This document shows positions 10,721-22,735 of a DNA stretch of 64,000 nucleotides, one piece after another. How positions within the stretch are numbered: the stretch's first letter is position 1; every line of letters begins with the position of its first letter. The notes beneath the pieces were generated by a model. The model ran no database searches. It worked only from the letters and a program-made list of their open reading frames with translations, and was not told the DNA's origin. This stretch comes from Heterodontus francisci. Lineage: Eukaryota. The stretch is taken from contig NC_090380.1 of assembly GCF_036365525.1 (NCBI RefSeq), positions 82,221,658 to 82,285,657 on the forward strand, read 5' to 3'. The position numbers and the translations under genes are program-made.

Positions 10721-11099
10721 AGGCTAAAACTGGATTTCTGCCGGACTTTTACAAGGCTCCAGACTTATCTTTATATTTGGAAAACAAACTGGAGCTTCAT
10801 CCCCAGTTGCCAGTAGTTAGTGCCAGTATGTCTCAGTTTTAAAATCGCACTGAAAATCACAAATTCAAGCACACAAACATCGTGCGCCCAAATAAAATAA
10901 ATAAATCCACACACACACCCCCACAGACAGAAAAGAGTATCACGTGTGTTTAAAGGAAGGAAAACAGAAATAAATCAATTACGTCAATGATCCCAATTCT
11001 CCCTTCTTCAAATGTCTTGCAACAACTATAATTAGAAACTAAAGGAAAAAGATAAACTCTCACAAGCAGACAAACTCCAAGAGGTTATGCAGCAGCCTT

Positions 11100-11640
11100 T
11101 CACAGTCATTCTTTGATGAGTATTCTGAACTAGCTGATATGTGTCCCCTTTTCTGAGGCCCATAACCCTAGCAACCCAAGTCTTCATTTCATCACAGGTA
11201 CCTCGAGCCCTTCCTCTGGTAGGGCTGAGTAAATCTCGCTCCTGCTCAGCTTCACTACACCTCTGCTTCAATAATCTCTCGTCTGCTTCCCTCTTTTCCC
11301 TTTCCCTTGATATATCTGCACAATGTGCCTTCAGGAACTCCACTTTCCCGGCCCACCAAGCTGTCTCTTCCATATGTCTGGGTCATTCCTCCTCTCGTTT
11401 ATCCCTTTCTTTCTGTAATTGACTCTTTGTCAAGTTAACTATGGCACACCTATCTTCCTTCTCTTTCCTTAATTTACTCAATTCTAACTCCAACTGTCTA
11501 CGCTTTTCCTCCTGCTGCTTACACCTAGCCTGATACACCAACAGCCAGACTGCTTTAATTTATCTGTCTTTACATGTGGACCCCTGCATCTACTGTTCTG
11601 CCTCACCAACAGGGTCATCTGAAATTTGTACAACTTAAAC
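11100..11640 (-). pseudogene. gag: ERV-B gag-like coiled-coil remnant
   Basis: Reads ...KAVWLLVYQARCKQQEEKRRQLELELSKLRKEKEDRCAIVNLTKSQLQKERDKREEE*PRHMEETAWWAGKVEFLKAHCADISREREKREADERLLKQRCSEAEQERD; occupies the gag position after the PBS. Confidence 0.55.
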
Positions 11641-11783
11641 ACTCCTATTTATCATAGCTTCTTCTAGCTTCTGCTTTTAACTTGCACCAATTTAATACAA
11701 CTTCACTCAGACGTTTCACACACATTCACATTTACCATTCAACAATTTCTGAACACACAAAGAGACCAAACACCAACATAGAC

Positions 11784-11785
<2 letters not shown>

Positions 11786-11816
<31 letters not shown>
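11786..11816 (+). repeat. (CA)n microsatellite
   Basis: About 15 perfect CA units. Confidence 0.95.
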
Positions 11817-11817
<1 letters not shown>

Positions 11818-12601
11818 GTTTTTCTTCTTTTGTCCTTTCAACAGCATTCTAGATTACTGTGGTATTTCCAATGTAATTTCTACCTATCGTTTCCTGAAAC
11901 TTGTTTCTATCTCTGGACTTGTTTCTGGACTGGCTGTTAATTTGTTTCTGCTTTTGGAAATGTTTGTGGACTCGCCGGCAGAGTCCCATATAATAATTGA
12001 TTCTAATCCGAATTGCTTTATCCTTCAGACTTTTCTTTTGGCCCTTCCACCATGCTCTTTGCACTTCTGGGGTGGGGGGTGTCATTAGATTTCTACCCAT
12101 CCTTTTTCATTTTACTGGTCAAGTTCTCATCTGCTATAAACCTGGTAAGGAAGTCCCCAATCTAGACCTTCTGCACTATTGGTCATTCTGGCAGGGTGTG
12201 GTCTGCCCAAGTGGTATTGACCTACAGGATACGCTTTAAATCCCCTGCTCAGCTCGACCTTTTGTGAAGGTCTGCTTTGCGGTCTCTCTCAACGTGGTCT
12301 CCTGCACGGTAACGGCCTTCAGGATACCTCAAAATTCCTTGCACGCCGTCACCTGCTATGTGGTTCTGTGTTGCGACTTTCTCAGCGCAGCCTTCTGCCC
12401 GGTTCTCTCGACTCGTGACCCACTATCCTGGCACGCGCTTTGATCGCTTGGCACTCGAGTCTCCAGGCTTTGGTTTTTTGATACCCATTTAAAGTACCAG
12501 TCCCACGACTGTGAGGTAGACCTTTCCTAACTATGGATGGTAAAATAAAAGGTACTCACCCCTTGGTTGGTCTCCTCACTGTTGCAGACCCGATGTGGTG
12601 T

Positions 12602-12619
12602 ATCCTGCCGACTACCCCA
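12602..12619 (-). promoter_or_regulatory. Primer binding site, tRNA-Ser
   Basis: Minus strand TGGGGTAGTCGGCAGGAT vs the complement of the vertebrate tRNA-Ser(AGA/TGA) 3' end, TGGCGTAGTCGGCAGGAT: 1 mismatch, 2 nt from the LTR. Confidence 0.85.
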
Positions 12620-12621
12620 AA

Positions 12622-13064
12622 TGTGAGGGTGGGACTTGCCCTGGATCCAAAAACACCTCGAGTCGGATGTCTTGTTCAAACGAGTGATCTTTATTACAAG
12701 CATGCAAGGAGAAGTCCTATTCTCATGAATGATCATAGGGATTCTACTAGTACAATGTTTGAGCAGTCAATTTATACAATTATGGGAGGTTTACTTGACA
12801 AGCTGTTTTTTTAATTACATCATATTTCCATCTTACTCTCTTCCCTGATCTCATCTTTCCTTGATCATCCTTCCTTGATCATATTATTCACCTCGTCAAC
12901 CTCTTGATTAGGTTATTCATGTGATTCCCTCTGACCTTGTCTACCTCTTGATTAGATGATTCATTTGGTTCTCTGTATCTCACAGACAAACTTTTCTCAA
13001 GGTTCAGTATCTTTGGTTTTACGCCAAGTATCCCATGATCCCCATACGCCAGCCTCCCCTTACA
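12622..13064 (-). repeat. 5' LTR of ERV-B
   Basis: TG...CA termini, direct repeat of 7383-7782, adjacent to the PBS. Confidence 0.9.
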
Positions 13065-15224
13065 GAACAAAGGAAACTTGAATTAGAGGAAAAAGAGAGA
13101 GAGGCAGGAGAGGGAGAAAGGGAGAGCCTTCCAGAAGGAATGTGAAGAAAGAAAAAGACAGGAGAGAGGAAGAACCTTCCAGAAAGATTGCGAAGAAAGA
13201 GAGCTAAGGCACCTTGAGTTAACTGTGGTGGTGGGGGGGGGGGTGGCGCGACAGAGTAACCCCAGTGAAAATACGGAGGAACATAATTTAGGGCTGGGTA
13301 CAGAATTGTTAAAACTAGCTCATCTAATCCCAAAATTCAACGAGGAAGATGTGGAGGAATACTTTGTGTCTTCTGAGAAACTGGCAAGGCAGCTAAAATG
13401 CCTAGCTGAGACCTGGTCTCTTTTACTACAAAGCAAGCTAATTGGAAAAGTCCATGAGGTTGACTTGCTGTTGCCAGATGAGAGTTCATCAATGAACTGA
13501 CCAAAAATGCTATCCTCAGGGCATATGAATTAGAACCCTTAAGAAACAAGCTAATCAAACTCATTTGGAGTTTGAAAGAAGTAAGCAGCTGGCCTGTGGC
13601 TGAGGGCTGTTAAAGTACAGCTCAGCTTTGAGAATCAGGGAAGTAGTTCTGTTAGAGGAATTTAAAAACTCCCACTCTCCATAAAGACCCATGTGGAGGA
13701 GCAGTGGGTTCAGGAGCCCAGCAAGCAGCCGTTCTGTCTGATGAGTTTGCTGGGCTCCTGAACCCACTGCTCCTCTACATGGGTCCCTAGTTTGCCTGTG
13801 GACAGGGTTGACCTGCTCCTAGGTAATGATCTGGTGGGGGTGAAAGTGGTAGCCCCCTCAGTTGTGAAAGAAAGACCACAGGAGGTCAGACAGACAGGGC
13901 AGTGGCAGGAGGTGGTCCCCTGAAGTTTCCCTGAATGTGTAGTGGATCAGGCCATGTTCAAACAAGCTCCCCCAGTGGAGACTGCATTGGTACTGCACGC
14001 AAATGACCATGAGGTCTGACTGTCCGAGATCTTCTTTGGAAAATTAGAAGACAAAGGGAATGAATTAAATGGATTATTCCTAGCTGAGGCTCAGTGAGCC
14101 GACCCAGTCTTGTGAGAGATAGCACAGGCTGCCGAGTCTGAAAGTGAAGCAGAGGGAGTCCCTGATTGCTATTATTTAAAGAATGAGGTACTGATGAGGA
14201 AATGGAGTTCTCCCCACAGACCTGCGGGCAAGGAGTAGATAGTAGTTCACCAGTCAGTGGTGCCGCAGAGATACCGGGGAGAGATATTAAGAAGGGCCCA
14301 CGAGACTACAGTGGCTGCACATGCTGGTATACGAAAGACCAAAGCCCGCATAAGACAGCAGTTTGACTGGCCAAAACTCCACAAAGATGTGGTGAAGCAC
14401 TGCAGGAGTTGCCACATATGCCAGGTTGAGGGGAAACACCAACCTACGGAGAAACCAGCACCCCTAAGCTCTGTACCTGTGTTAAGATGAGCCTCTAGCA
14501 GGGGGCTGCTGAACTGTAAGGGATCCCTGCCAAGAACAAAAAGAACAGGCAGGCACAAGGCTGGCAAAAGTTTAGAAAGGGAAGGGGGAGAAAATGACCA
14601 AAAGGGCAGGTTAAAGGAAGTGCGGGAGGACTCCCAGATGAAAACCCCTACTGTCCAGTCCAGTCCGAAAAATGTGAAAAGTTAGACCCCACATCCTGCG
14701 ATGTAAATGCAGACTCTAGAAGCACGCCACCAGAGTTGCTAATAGCATTTACAAGAACGTGCAGAGACAAAGAAAGACCTCTAGCAGGCAGAGAAACCGT
14801 GAGGGTGATGCCTCACCTAGTCGAAGTGTCGCAGGGGAGATCAGTAGAGCCTGCACAAATACCTGCAGGCAGGAGTGTCCCAGAGAACAAAAGGAGATTA
14901 ACAAAGAATCTTCCCCCCACAGTCAGAACCAAAGAGAAACTACCTATCCTCCTTTTCAGACCTCAACAGGAACAAAGATGCTCGTCAGCCATGGAAATGG
15001 GCAAACTGAAGAAAAACTTCCCCAAAGAACCACATAGTTACTGGGGTGCCAAAAAGGGGAAATTAAAGCAGCACTGTCACCTAGAAAAGGCAGTTTTAGT
15101 AAGTTTTAGGATTCATGGATGAATGAGAGAAATGCATGGTTTTTCTGTATCTTACATTTTTCTCAACCCTTTTAATGAAATGCACCTTTTCACAAATCGC
15201 ATTTCATTCCTCTGGGTGTGGAGG

Positions 15225-16049
15225 TGTCATGCAGGCCCTCACCTGCCAAGAATGAGGCACATTAATTTCACCATGTGGACATTAAATTTCAAGTTGTTGC
15301 TGGGAAGAAAAGGCCTGTGACAAGGGGTTGCCAGGCACCTGGCTGGAAAGACACATTTACATATTAACAGACCGTGCTTGTAAACAAAGGAGCTATTCCC
15401 TGCTCCAATTCAAACCACAAACAGACATGGTCAGACCAGTTAGTCACATGACTAACTGGCTGTTGGAGTTTGAACTGAGAACCTGCAGAGAAAGCTGAAT
15501 GCTCCTGAACTGAAGAAGACCTCCTGTCTGTCTGCCTGCTCCCATCACTTTCTCACCTGCTTCCGAATCCATTGAAGACACATGAATCCCAAGAGACAAA
15601 AGTCTCCTACAGTGAAGAAGCTTTAAGAAGAATACTGGGCCCCAACAAAAAGCAAGATCTACCTACAAGCAAGGACTCTTCAGTGAGCTCGAAGACCTGT
15701 AACAAAAACTCTTCAGATATTGCCTCAAATGTTTCCACTTTATTTCTTCTGCTCTTTTCTGTCCCTATCTGCATGTGTGTATCGTGCATGCATGCGAGCG
15801 TGGGTGCATTGTGTATCCATAGGCATTTACCGAATTAGAGTTTAAGTTTAATAAAATTTCACTTTTCTTCTTTAAACCTAAGAAGGCCTGTTTATGCTGG
15901 ATTCCTTGCCTTATAATAGGAATGCGGTGAACAAGGATTCAACAATGGGGTGGTGAAAACGCAGTGTGTTTAAAATTAAACCCTGTTACAGTAAGACCAG
16001 GTGAAGGCTGAAAGGTACCCCTACACCTCTTTCTCACCTGGTCGTAACA
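15225..16049 (+). repeat. 3' LTR of the Gmr1-like element
   Basis: TGTCATGC...GTCGTAACA, preceded by a purine tract; AATAAA near 15850; similar in reverse complement to 8075-8848. Confidence 0.8.
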
Positions 16050-16398
16050 CGAGGTTCTATACAATTGAAGCAAGACTTCACTACTCCTGTACTCAAATCC
16101 TCTTGCTATAAAGGCTAACATACCATTAGCCTTCCTAATTGCTTGCTGCACCTGAATGTTAGCTTTCAGTGACTTATTGACAAGGACACCCAGGTCCTTT
16201 TGTACATCTACACTTTCCAATCTCTTACCATTTAAGAAATACTCTGCACATCTGTTCCTCCTACCAAAGTGGATAACCTCACATTTTTCCACATTATATT
16301 CCATCTGCCATATTCTTGCCCACTCACTAAGTCTGTCCAAATCACCTTGAAGTCACTTTGCATCTTCCTCACAACACACATTCCCACCTAGTTTTGTA
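16050..16398 (-). mobile_element. CR1 LINE RT fragment (target of the Gmr1-like insertion)
   Basis: DRLSEWARIWQMEYNVEKCEVIHFGRRN..KDLGVLV..RSSEVLLQLYRT, cut at the LTR edge. Confidence 0.88.
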
Positions 16399-16989
16399 TT
16401 ATAGATGTCTTCAGAAAGCCCAACAGTAAATTTTGGATAATTTCTTGGTTTGTGGGCATGCCTTGATATTTGTTCATATAAGTAGAGTGTAGCTTATATG
16501 CTGGCTCTGATATCACTGTATGGGGAGTCTGAATTTGCTGAATGTTTGAATGCTTTATTCAGATTTTGAAACATTTGTCTTAGAAATTGGACTGTAATAT
16601 ACAGTCTCTAAATCCAGTCTGATGATGCCCTGTGATGTGATGAGATTATAACATATTCTCAAGTTCATTTGAATTAATATTCAGCAGTCTTAAAAATCAT
16701 CACTGAAATCCAAATTATCAGTCAGGAAAACAGGAGAGCATCTGGAACTTTGTACTTCAACTGTTAGCACAAACTTTTTTTGACATGAGACTAACGGCAC
16801 ATGCAATTCCTTTCTGTGTCTGCGCCTACAATAGCTGTGTAAAACAAATTAGCATGTTGCTGTTTAGGATATTGATGTAAACACAAATAGCTGAAAATTT
16901 GAACGGTTCGTATGGCAGGATTTTCATTTCATTCTCATCTTCATGGTGTGTCTCCAATACCTAAAAGGTGCTTGCTGGCAGAAGTATGA

Positions 16990-18955
16990 AGAATTTAGAT
17001 TCTTTTGCCAGTCATCTTAAAACAATGTCCTCTGGTTCTGGATCCTTCTGCCAATGGGAACAGTTTCTCCCCTCTAGCTGTCCATACCTCTCATGATTTT
17101 GAACATTACTATCAAATCTCCTCTTAATCTTCGCTTCTCCAAGGAGAACAGACCCACCTCCAACCTATTCACGTAACTGAAGTTCCTCATCCCTGGGGCC
17201 TAGAACCATTCTCGCAAATCTCTTCTGCACCTCCTCTCATGCCTTAATATCCTTCCTAATGTGCGGTGCTCAGAATGGACAGAATACTCTAGTTGAGTCC
17301 AAACCAGGTTTATCATAACTTCCTTGTTTTGTACTCTATGCCCCTATTTATAAAGCCCAGTATCCCCTATGCTTTATGGCCTACTTTCTCAACCTGTCCT
17401 CCAACTTTCAAAGATTTGTGCGTACATACCCCCAGGTCCCTCTGCTCCTGCAACTGCCTTTAGAATTAGCCTTTAATTTATATTGTCTCTCCTCATTCTT
17501 CCTACCAAAATGAATCACTTCACACTTTTTTGCATTAAATTTTATCTGCCACTTGATCGTCCATTCCACCAGCCTATGTCCTCTTGAAGTTTATCACCAG
17601 CTTCCTCACAATACATCCAAGTTTTGAAATTTTGAAATTGTGCCCCGTGCACCCAAATCTAGGTCCACATCTCAAATACTTGTGCAGATTTGGTCTCCTT
17701 ATTTAAGGAAGGATGTGAATGCTTTGGAGGTAGTTCAGAGGAGGTTTACTAGATTGATACCTGGAATGGGCAAGTTGTCTTATGAGGAAAGGTTGGACAG
17801 ACTGGGCTTGTTTTAACTGGAGTTTAGAAGAGTGAAGGGAGACCTGATTGAAGTATATAAGATCCTGAACGGCCTTGACAAGGTGGATGTGGAGAGGATG
17901 TTTTCTCTTGTGGGTGAGTCAAGAACTAGAGGGCACTGTTTTAAAATTAGGGGTCACCCTTATAGGACAGAGATGAGGAGAAATTTTGTCTCTGAGGATT
18001 GTGTGACTTTGGAACTCTCTGCCTCAGAAGGTGGTGGAGGTGGGGACATTGAATATTTTTAAGGCGGAGGTAAATAGATTCTTGTTAGACAAAGGAATCA
18101 AAGGTTATCAGGGTAGATGGGAGTGTGGAATTAGAAACACAAACAGATCAGCCATGATCTTATTGAATGGTGGAGCAGAAATTGGTAAAGATGAGATATT
18201 AGCTAGGCTGGCTGTACTTAAATTTGATAAGTCATCAGGACCAGGTGAGATGTATCCAGGGATACTTAGGGAAGCAAGAGTGGGAATTGCAGAGGCACTG
18301 GCCATAATTTTCTAATCCTCCTGGGTGGTGCCAGAATGTTAAACCCTTGTTCAAAAGAGGGTATAAGGATAAGCCGAGCAACTACAGGTCACTCAGTTTA
18401 ACCTTGGTGGTAGAAAATTTTTAGAAATGATAATTCAGGATAAAATTAAGTCACTTGGACAAATGTGGATTAGTTAAGGAAAGCTAGCACCGATTAGTTA
18501 AGGGCAAATCATGTTTCACTAACTTGCTTGAGTTTTTGGTGAAGTAACAGAGAGGGTTGATGAGGGTAATGTGATTGATGTGGTGTACATGGACTTCCAA
18601 AAGGCATTTGATAAAGTGCCATATAACAGGCTTGTCAGCAAAGTTAGAGCCCATGGAATAAAGGGGACAGTAGCAGCACTGATTGAATGACAGGACATAC
18701 AAACATACAAATCATGGTTACATATCCCCCACTCTACCATTACCATCAAACCAGGGGACCAACCCTGGTTCAATGAAGGGTGCAGGAGGGCATGCCAGGA
18801 GCAGTACTAGGCATATCTAAAAATGAGGTGTCAGCCCGGTGAAACTACAACACAGGATTACTTGCATGCCAAACAGCAGAAATAGCATACGAAAGATAGG
18901 GCTAAGCAATCTCAGAACCAATGGATCAGATCAAAGTTCTGCAGCCCTGCACATA
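16990..18955. mobile_element. Cluster of degraded CR1 fragments in both orientations
   Basis: Minus-strand CR1 3' part at ~17000-17660; plus-strand KGDLIEVYKIL (17832), DKSSGPGEMYP and VDVVYMDFQKAFDKVP-like (~18570) segments. Confidence 0.8.
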
Positions 18956-20229
18956 TAGTCAACAGCATCCTGTTTTTGCCAATTATCACTCAGCCCATTA
19001 CGCCAAACTCTTGTATTCAAGAGAAACGTACAGTGCTGACTTCTGGAGATTCCTTTTATTTTCTTGCCTGTTTTCCCCTTGATACAAGTTCTGGAACAGT
19101 GTGATTCCAAATGGATAGCAGTGGAATTGCAACATTTATATGGAAGTAAAAGTCCAGCAACTTTCAACACGTCACTGAGCCTGTGTCCCAAGTGAAAGTA
19201 ACACATGCCAGAGTGTAGAAATCGAGACATTCCCCTAGTGACTTTTCCCATTTTAGAATGAGTTTACATAACACAAGCCTTTAAACTTGTGTTTTAAAAT
19301 AACCTAGCTGCTAGTTTATTTTGAAACACAAGGTTAAAGGCTTGGAGCAGCCAATTTTTGCTTGGGGTGGGGGGTAGAATATTACTTATTTTCATTCAAT
19401 TATTTATACAATTTCTTGATAAAATGAACAATTTAGTGGCAAGTTTTCAGAGTAGCTTTGTACTAAGGACCTAATCGCACTGGGTTCAAACTTAATAGTT
19501 GCCAGAAAGAGGAATCATTTATCCAAACAGACCTGAGCTGGATTTGAACCTGGGATCCAGAATAAAAAGTAATATGCACTGACTCACAATAGTCATCCAA
19601 TTGCTTTAAAAATTAACCCACTATTTTTGTGGTATGTATTATCTTTTGGGTTGTGACACTAATAAGTATATCCTTTACATTTCTGATCAGTGGATCTATT
19701 TGGAGCCTTAATGTATTTTTGCAGTTATTTTATTGGCAGATAGAAGAACACATTTATATATCATAAATTTATAAAGAATCTAAAGTTTCAGATAATTCTC
19801 ACTTATCACAACTCAAATGTCCAGTGATTCTCTAGTTTAACTGTTTTGCAGTTCGTTCATTTTACACCACAGCAAGGATTATGTTGCAACCGAATAAGAC
19901 ATTCTTCAAATACACCTTCAGTCAAAATTTGATTATTTGAGTGCTGAAAGAAATGTCCAGCTTTCAACATTATAAATAACCAATAACACCTATAAAGGTT
20001 ATTTTCGCCATCAATATTTTCAAGCAAAATTGAAATCATAGACAGTTCATCATAGATTAGTTTTTATTATTTATGAAATAATTTATTTTAAATACAATTT
20101 GTTCAATGTGATTGAAAATTATAGTAATCTCATGGGGTTAAAACCAGGCAATAAACATTGTACAGCAGTTTGCAAAATTACATCAGAGTTCTGTCTTTAC
20201 AGCTATTTTGGTCTAAATTTAAAGAACAT

Positions 20230-20575
20230 GTGAACATAGGAACTAGGAGCAGGAGTAGGCCATTCGACTCCTTCGAGCCTGCTCCACCATTTAATAAGGT
20301 CATGGCTGATCTGACTCTGGCCTCAACTCCACCATTCCACCTACCCCTGATACCCTTGGACTCCGTTGTTAGTCAAGGATTTATCTTCCTCTGCCTTAAA
20401 AATATTCAATGACCCAGCCTCCACTGCTGCCTGGGGAAGAGAGTTCCAAAGACTCATAACCGTCCGTGAAAACAATTTCTCCTCATCTCCGTCTTAAATG
20501 GGCGACCCCTTATTTTTAAACTGTGTCCCCTAGTTCTAGTCTCTCCCACAAGGGGAAACATCCTTTCAGCATCCA
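20230..20575 (-). mobile_element. CR1 3'-end fragment
   Basis: AGGAGCAGGAGTAGGCCATTCG..CCTTCGAGCCTGCTCC tail signature shared with other CR1 copies in the window. Confidence 0.75.
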
Positions 20576-21324
20576 GAAGCAGTGGTGTTAAAAATATTTT
20601 ATTTGCAAGTATCTACAGCCACAGTCACCCACAGTTTAAATAGGGACTGTTTGAATGAGCTGGCATGAAAATAAAAATGAAGCTAATTTGAAGCCTGTTT
20701 GTTTTAGTTAATTAGTTGTGCTGGTAGTAGTAAATGGATTCAAAATTGGGTACTTAGAAGTAGCATATCATCTTGTCCGAAGTATATCTAACAGTGCTGC
20801 TGACATCAAAGCAATGTACAGCACCTTTAATATTTCCCATTACTTTTGCTGGAAGAAAAGTCACTGTTTAATAGAGGTGTGCTGTAAGTCACTAATTTCC
20901 CTTGCATTAGTGTATAGTACCGATAGAGTGTGCACATGTGTGTGTATTTCTCACCTCCCATTGTTGAATTTAAAATTTTCTCCTTCAGAGCGACAGCACA
21001 GACATGATGGGCTGAATGGCCTCCTTCTGTGCTGTAATCATTCTATGATTTCAATTTTTGTCATACATAGGGGGCTGGTGAGACAATTTCAGAAAGATAA
21101 AGGCATTAAAATTTATCTTACTATTAATAAAAACAAAAAAAATCGAAGAAGCTTTAAATAAGACTAATTTATTGACTTACTTTCTCATCACTATGTTGGA
21201 TTCTGATTTATTGAGATCCCTGGCAATTTTTTGGCTTGCACAAGTAGTCAATCTCTGCCCGCACACTTGTAGCAATGCGGAGTATTCCAGATAGAGGTCC
21301 ACCTGTCAGGAGTGATCTTGATCG

Positions 21325-21872
21325 CTCTCTCGCCCTTCTCTCTCTCTCTGTCTGTCTCTCTCTCTGCGTCTGTCTCACTCTCCCCCTCCCTCTCTGTGCC
21401 CCACCCTCTCTGTGTCCCTCCCTCTGTATTGTTGTCTTCCCTCTCTTTGTTGTCCCCCTCGTATTGTTGGCTCCCCTCTCTGTTGTTCCCTCCCCCATGT
21501 GTCAGCACCCCTCTATCCCCCCCTCTCTGTCCGCCCTTTCTCTTTGTCCCCCTGCTCGCTCTCTCTCTCTGTCCCCCCACTCTCTCGCTGTTCCCCTAAT
21601 CTCTCTCTGTCCCCCGTGCTCTCTCTCTGTCCTCCTACTCTCTCTCTCTGTGTCTTCCTGCTCTCTCTCTCTGTCCCTCTTTCTCACTGTCCCCCCTCTC
21701 TCTCTCTCCCCCATTCTCTCTGTCCCCATCTCTCTCCCTCTGTCCTGCCCTCTCTCTCTCACTATCCCACCTCTGTCTCCCGCACTCTCTTTCTACCACT
21801 CTCTCTCTCTGTCCACTCTTCTTCCCCTCTCTCTCTGCTCCTTCTCCCTCCCCCCCACCCCCTTCCCCGCTT
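21325..21872 (+). repeat. CT-rich low-complexity / degenerate (TC)n tract
   Basis: About 550 bp almost entirely C/T with TCTCTCTCTG units. Confidence 0.9.
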
Positions 21873-22735
21873 TCTGACCGTTGCTGAGGGCAGGAACAGC
21901 AGTTTCCGAACTTTGGACAGATTCGTGGTTTTTCAGCTTGTTCCAATTTTTGCAAAAGCCTGCCAGAAAACTATGAATATGCCCAAAGTTCGGAAACCGC
22001 TGTTCCCGCTCCCAGTAACTGTAGGCTGTGAATATGGAAAGGAGTGTTCATGAGCATTAAATAAAGATCTGAGCTTAGACATTTCAATTGAGCTGTGCAA
22101 CTGAGTTGCGATTTTCTTTTTACAAGCTGGTCTGGTTGGAAAGAAGAAGTCATAGAGTTATACAGCACAGAAACAGGCCCTTCGGACCATCATGTCTGTG
22201 CCAGCCATCAAGTACTTAACTATTCTAATCTCATTTTCCAGCACTTGGCCAATGGGAAATTTCTTATCTCTGAAATTACCAGTCACGGTCCTCAGAAATT
22301 TTTACCATGGATAATCGTGTCTATGTACGGGTCTTGCAATTCCAAAAAATAACAAGAATGATCACTGCGACAAGTACAAGCACTGCAGCAATACTTCCGA
22401 GATGACAGTTTTTGTATTTTTCATGTGGTCTTGAGTCTGAAATTTGAAAAAATACATTTTAGCAGACTTCATAGTACTCGCACCTAAAGTACATCTGTGA
22501 ATTTAAAACTAAGCAAATGCAATGAATAGGGAATTTAAATAAAAAAAGAAAACTGCAAATGTTGGAAATTTGTATTAAGAATGGAAAATGCTGGAAATGC
22601 ACAGCAGTGTCTTTCCGATAACAGCTAGAAAATAAAAGCAAAATACTATAGATACTGGAAATCAGAAATAAAAACAAAGTGCTAGAAATACTCAGCAGGT
22701 CAGGCAGCATCTGTGGAGAGTGAAGCTGAGTTAAT

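Larger units (their letters stand above)
7383..13064 (-). mobile_element. ERV-B: internally deleted lokiretrovirus-like provirus with both LTRs and a 4-bp TSD GAAC
   Basis: Direct repeats at 7383-7782 and 12622-13064; GAAC at 7379-7382 and 13065-13068; removing the insert restores the Gypsy gag frame; PBS, coiled-coil ORFs, IN GPY tail and F-like env lie in retroviral order. Confidence 0.88.
7048..16049 (+). mobile_element. Gmr1-like Ty3/Gypsy LTR retrotransposon, non-autonomous (no RT/RNase H), interrupted by ERV-A and ERV-B; 5' LTR outside window
   Basis: Gag MSATEGGSS..ALSVEELRKMAEQCGI..AKIQLE (7113-7382) resumes at 13065 as (E)QRKLELEEKERE..IPKFNEEDVEEYF..WSLLLQSKL. The protease tail VDLLLGNDL (~13805) is followed directly by the integrase HHCC (14257-14490), the PR-IN order diagnostic of Gmr1. 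PPT GGGTGTGGAGG precedes the LTR. Confidence 0.8.

Noticed and set aside
18931-20039. Minus-strand ORFs 18931-19251 and 19857-20039 as possible TM/cytoplasmic exons
   Set aside because: No hydrophobic helix and no phase-compatible open exon with good splice sites.
21208-22053. Several 85-213 aa ORFs (Ser/Leu/Pro- or Arg/Glu/Gly-rich)
   Set aside because: Artefacts of the stop-free CT/GA low-complexity tract.
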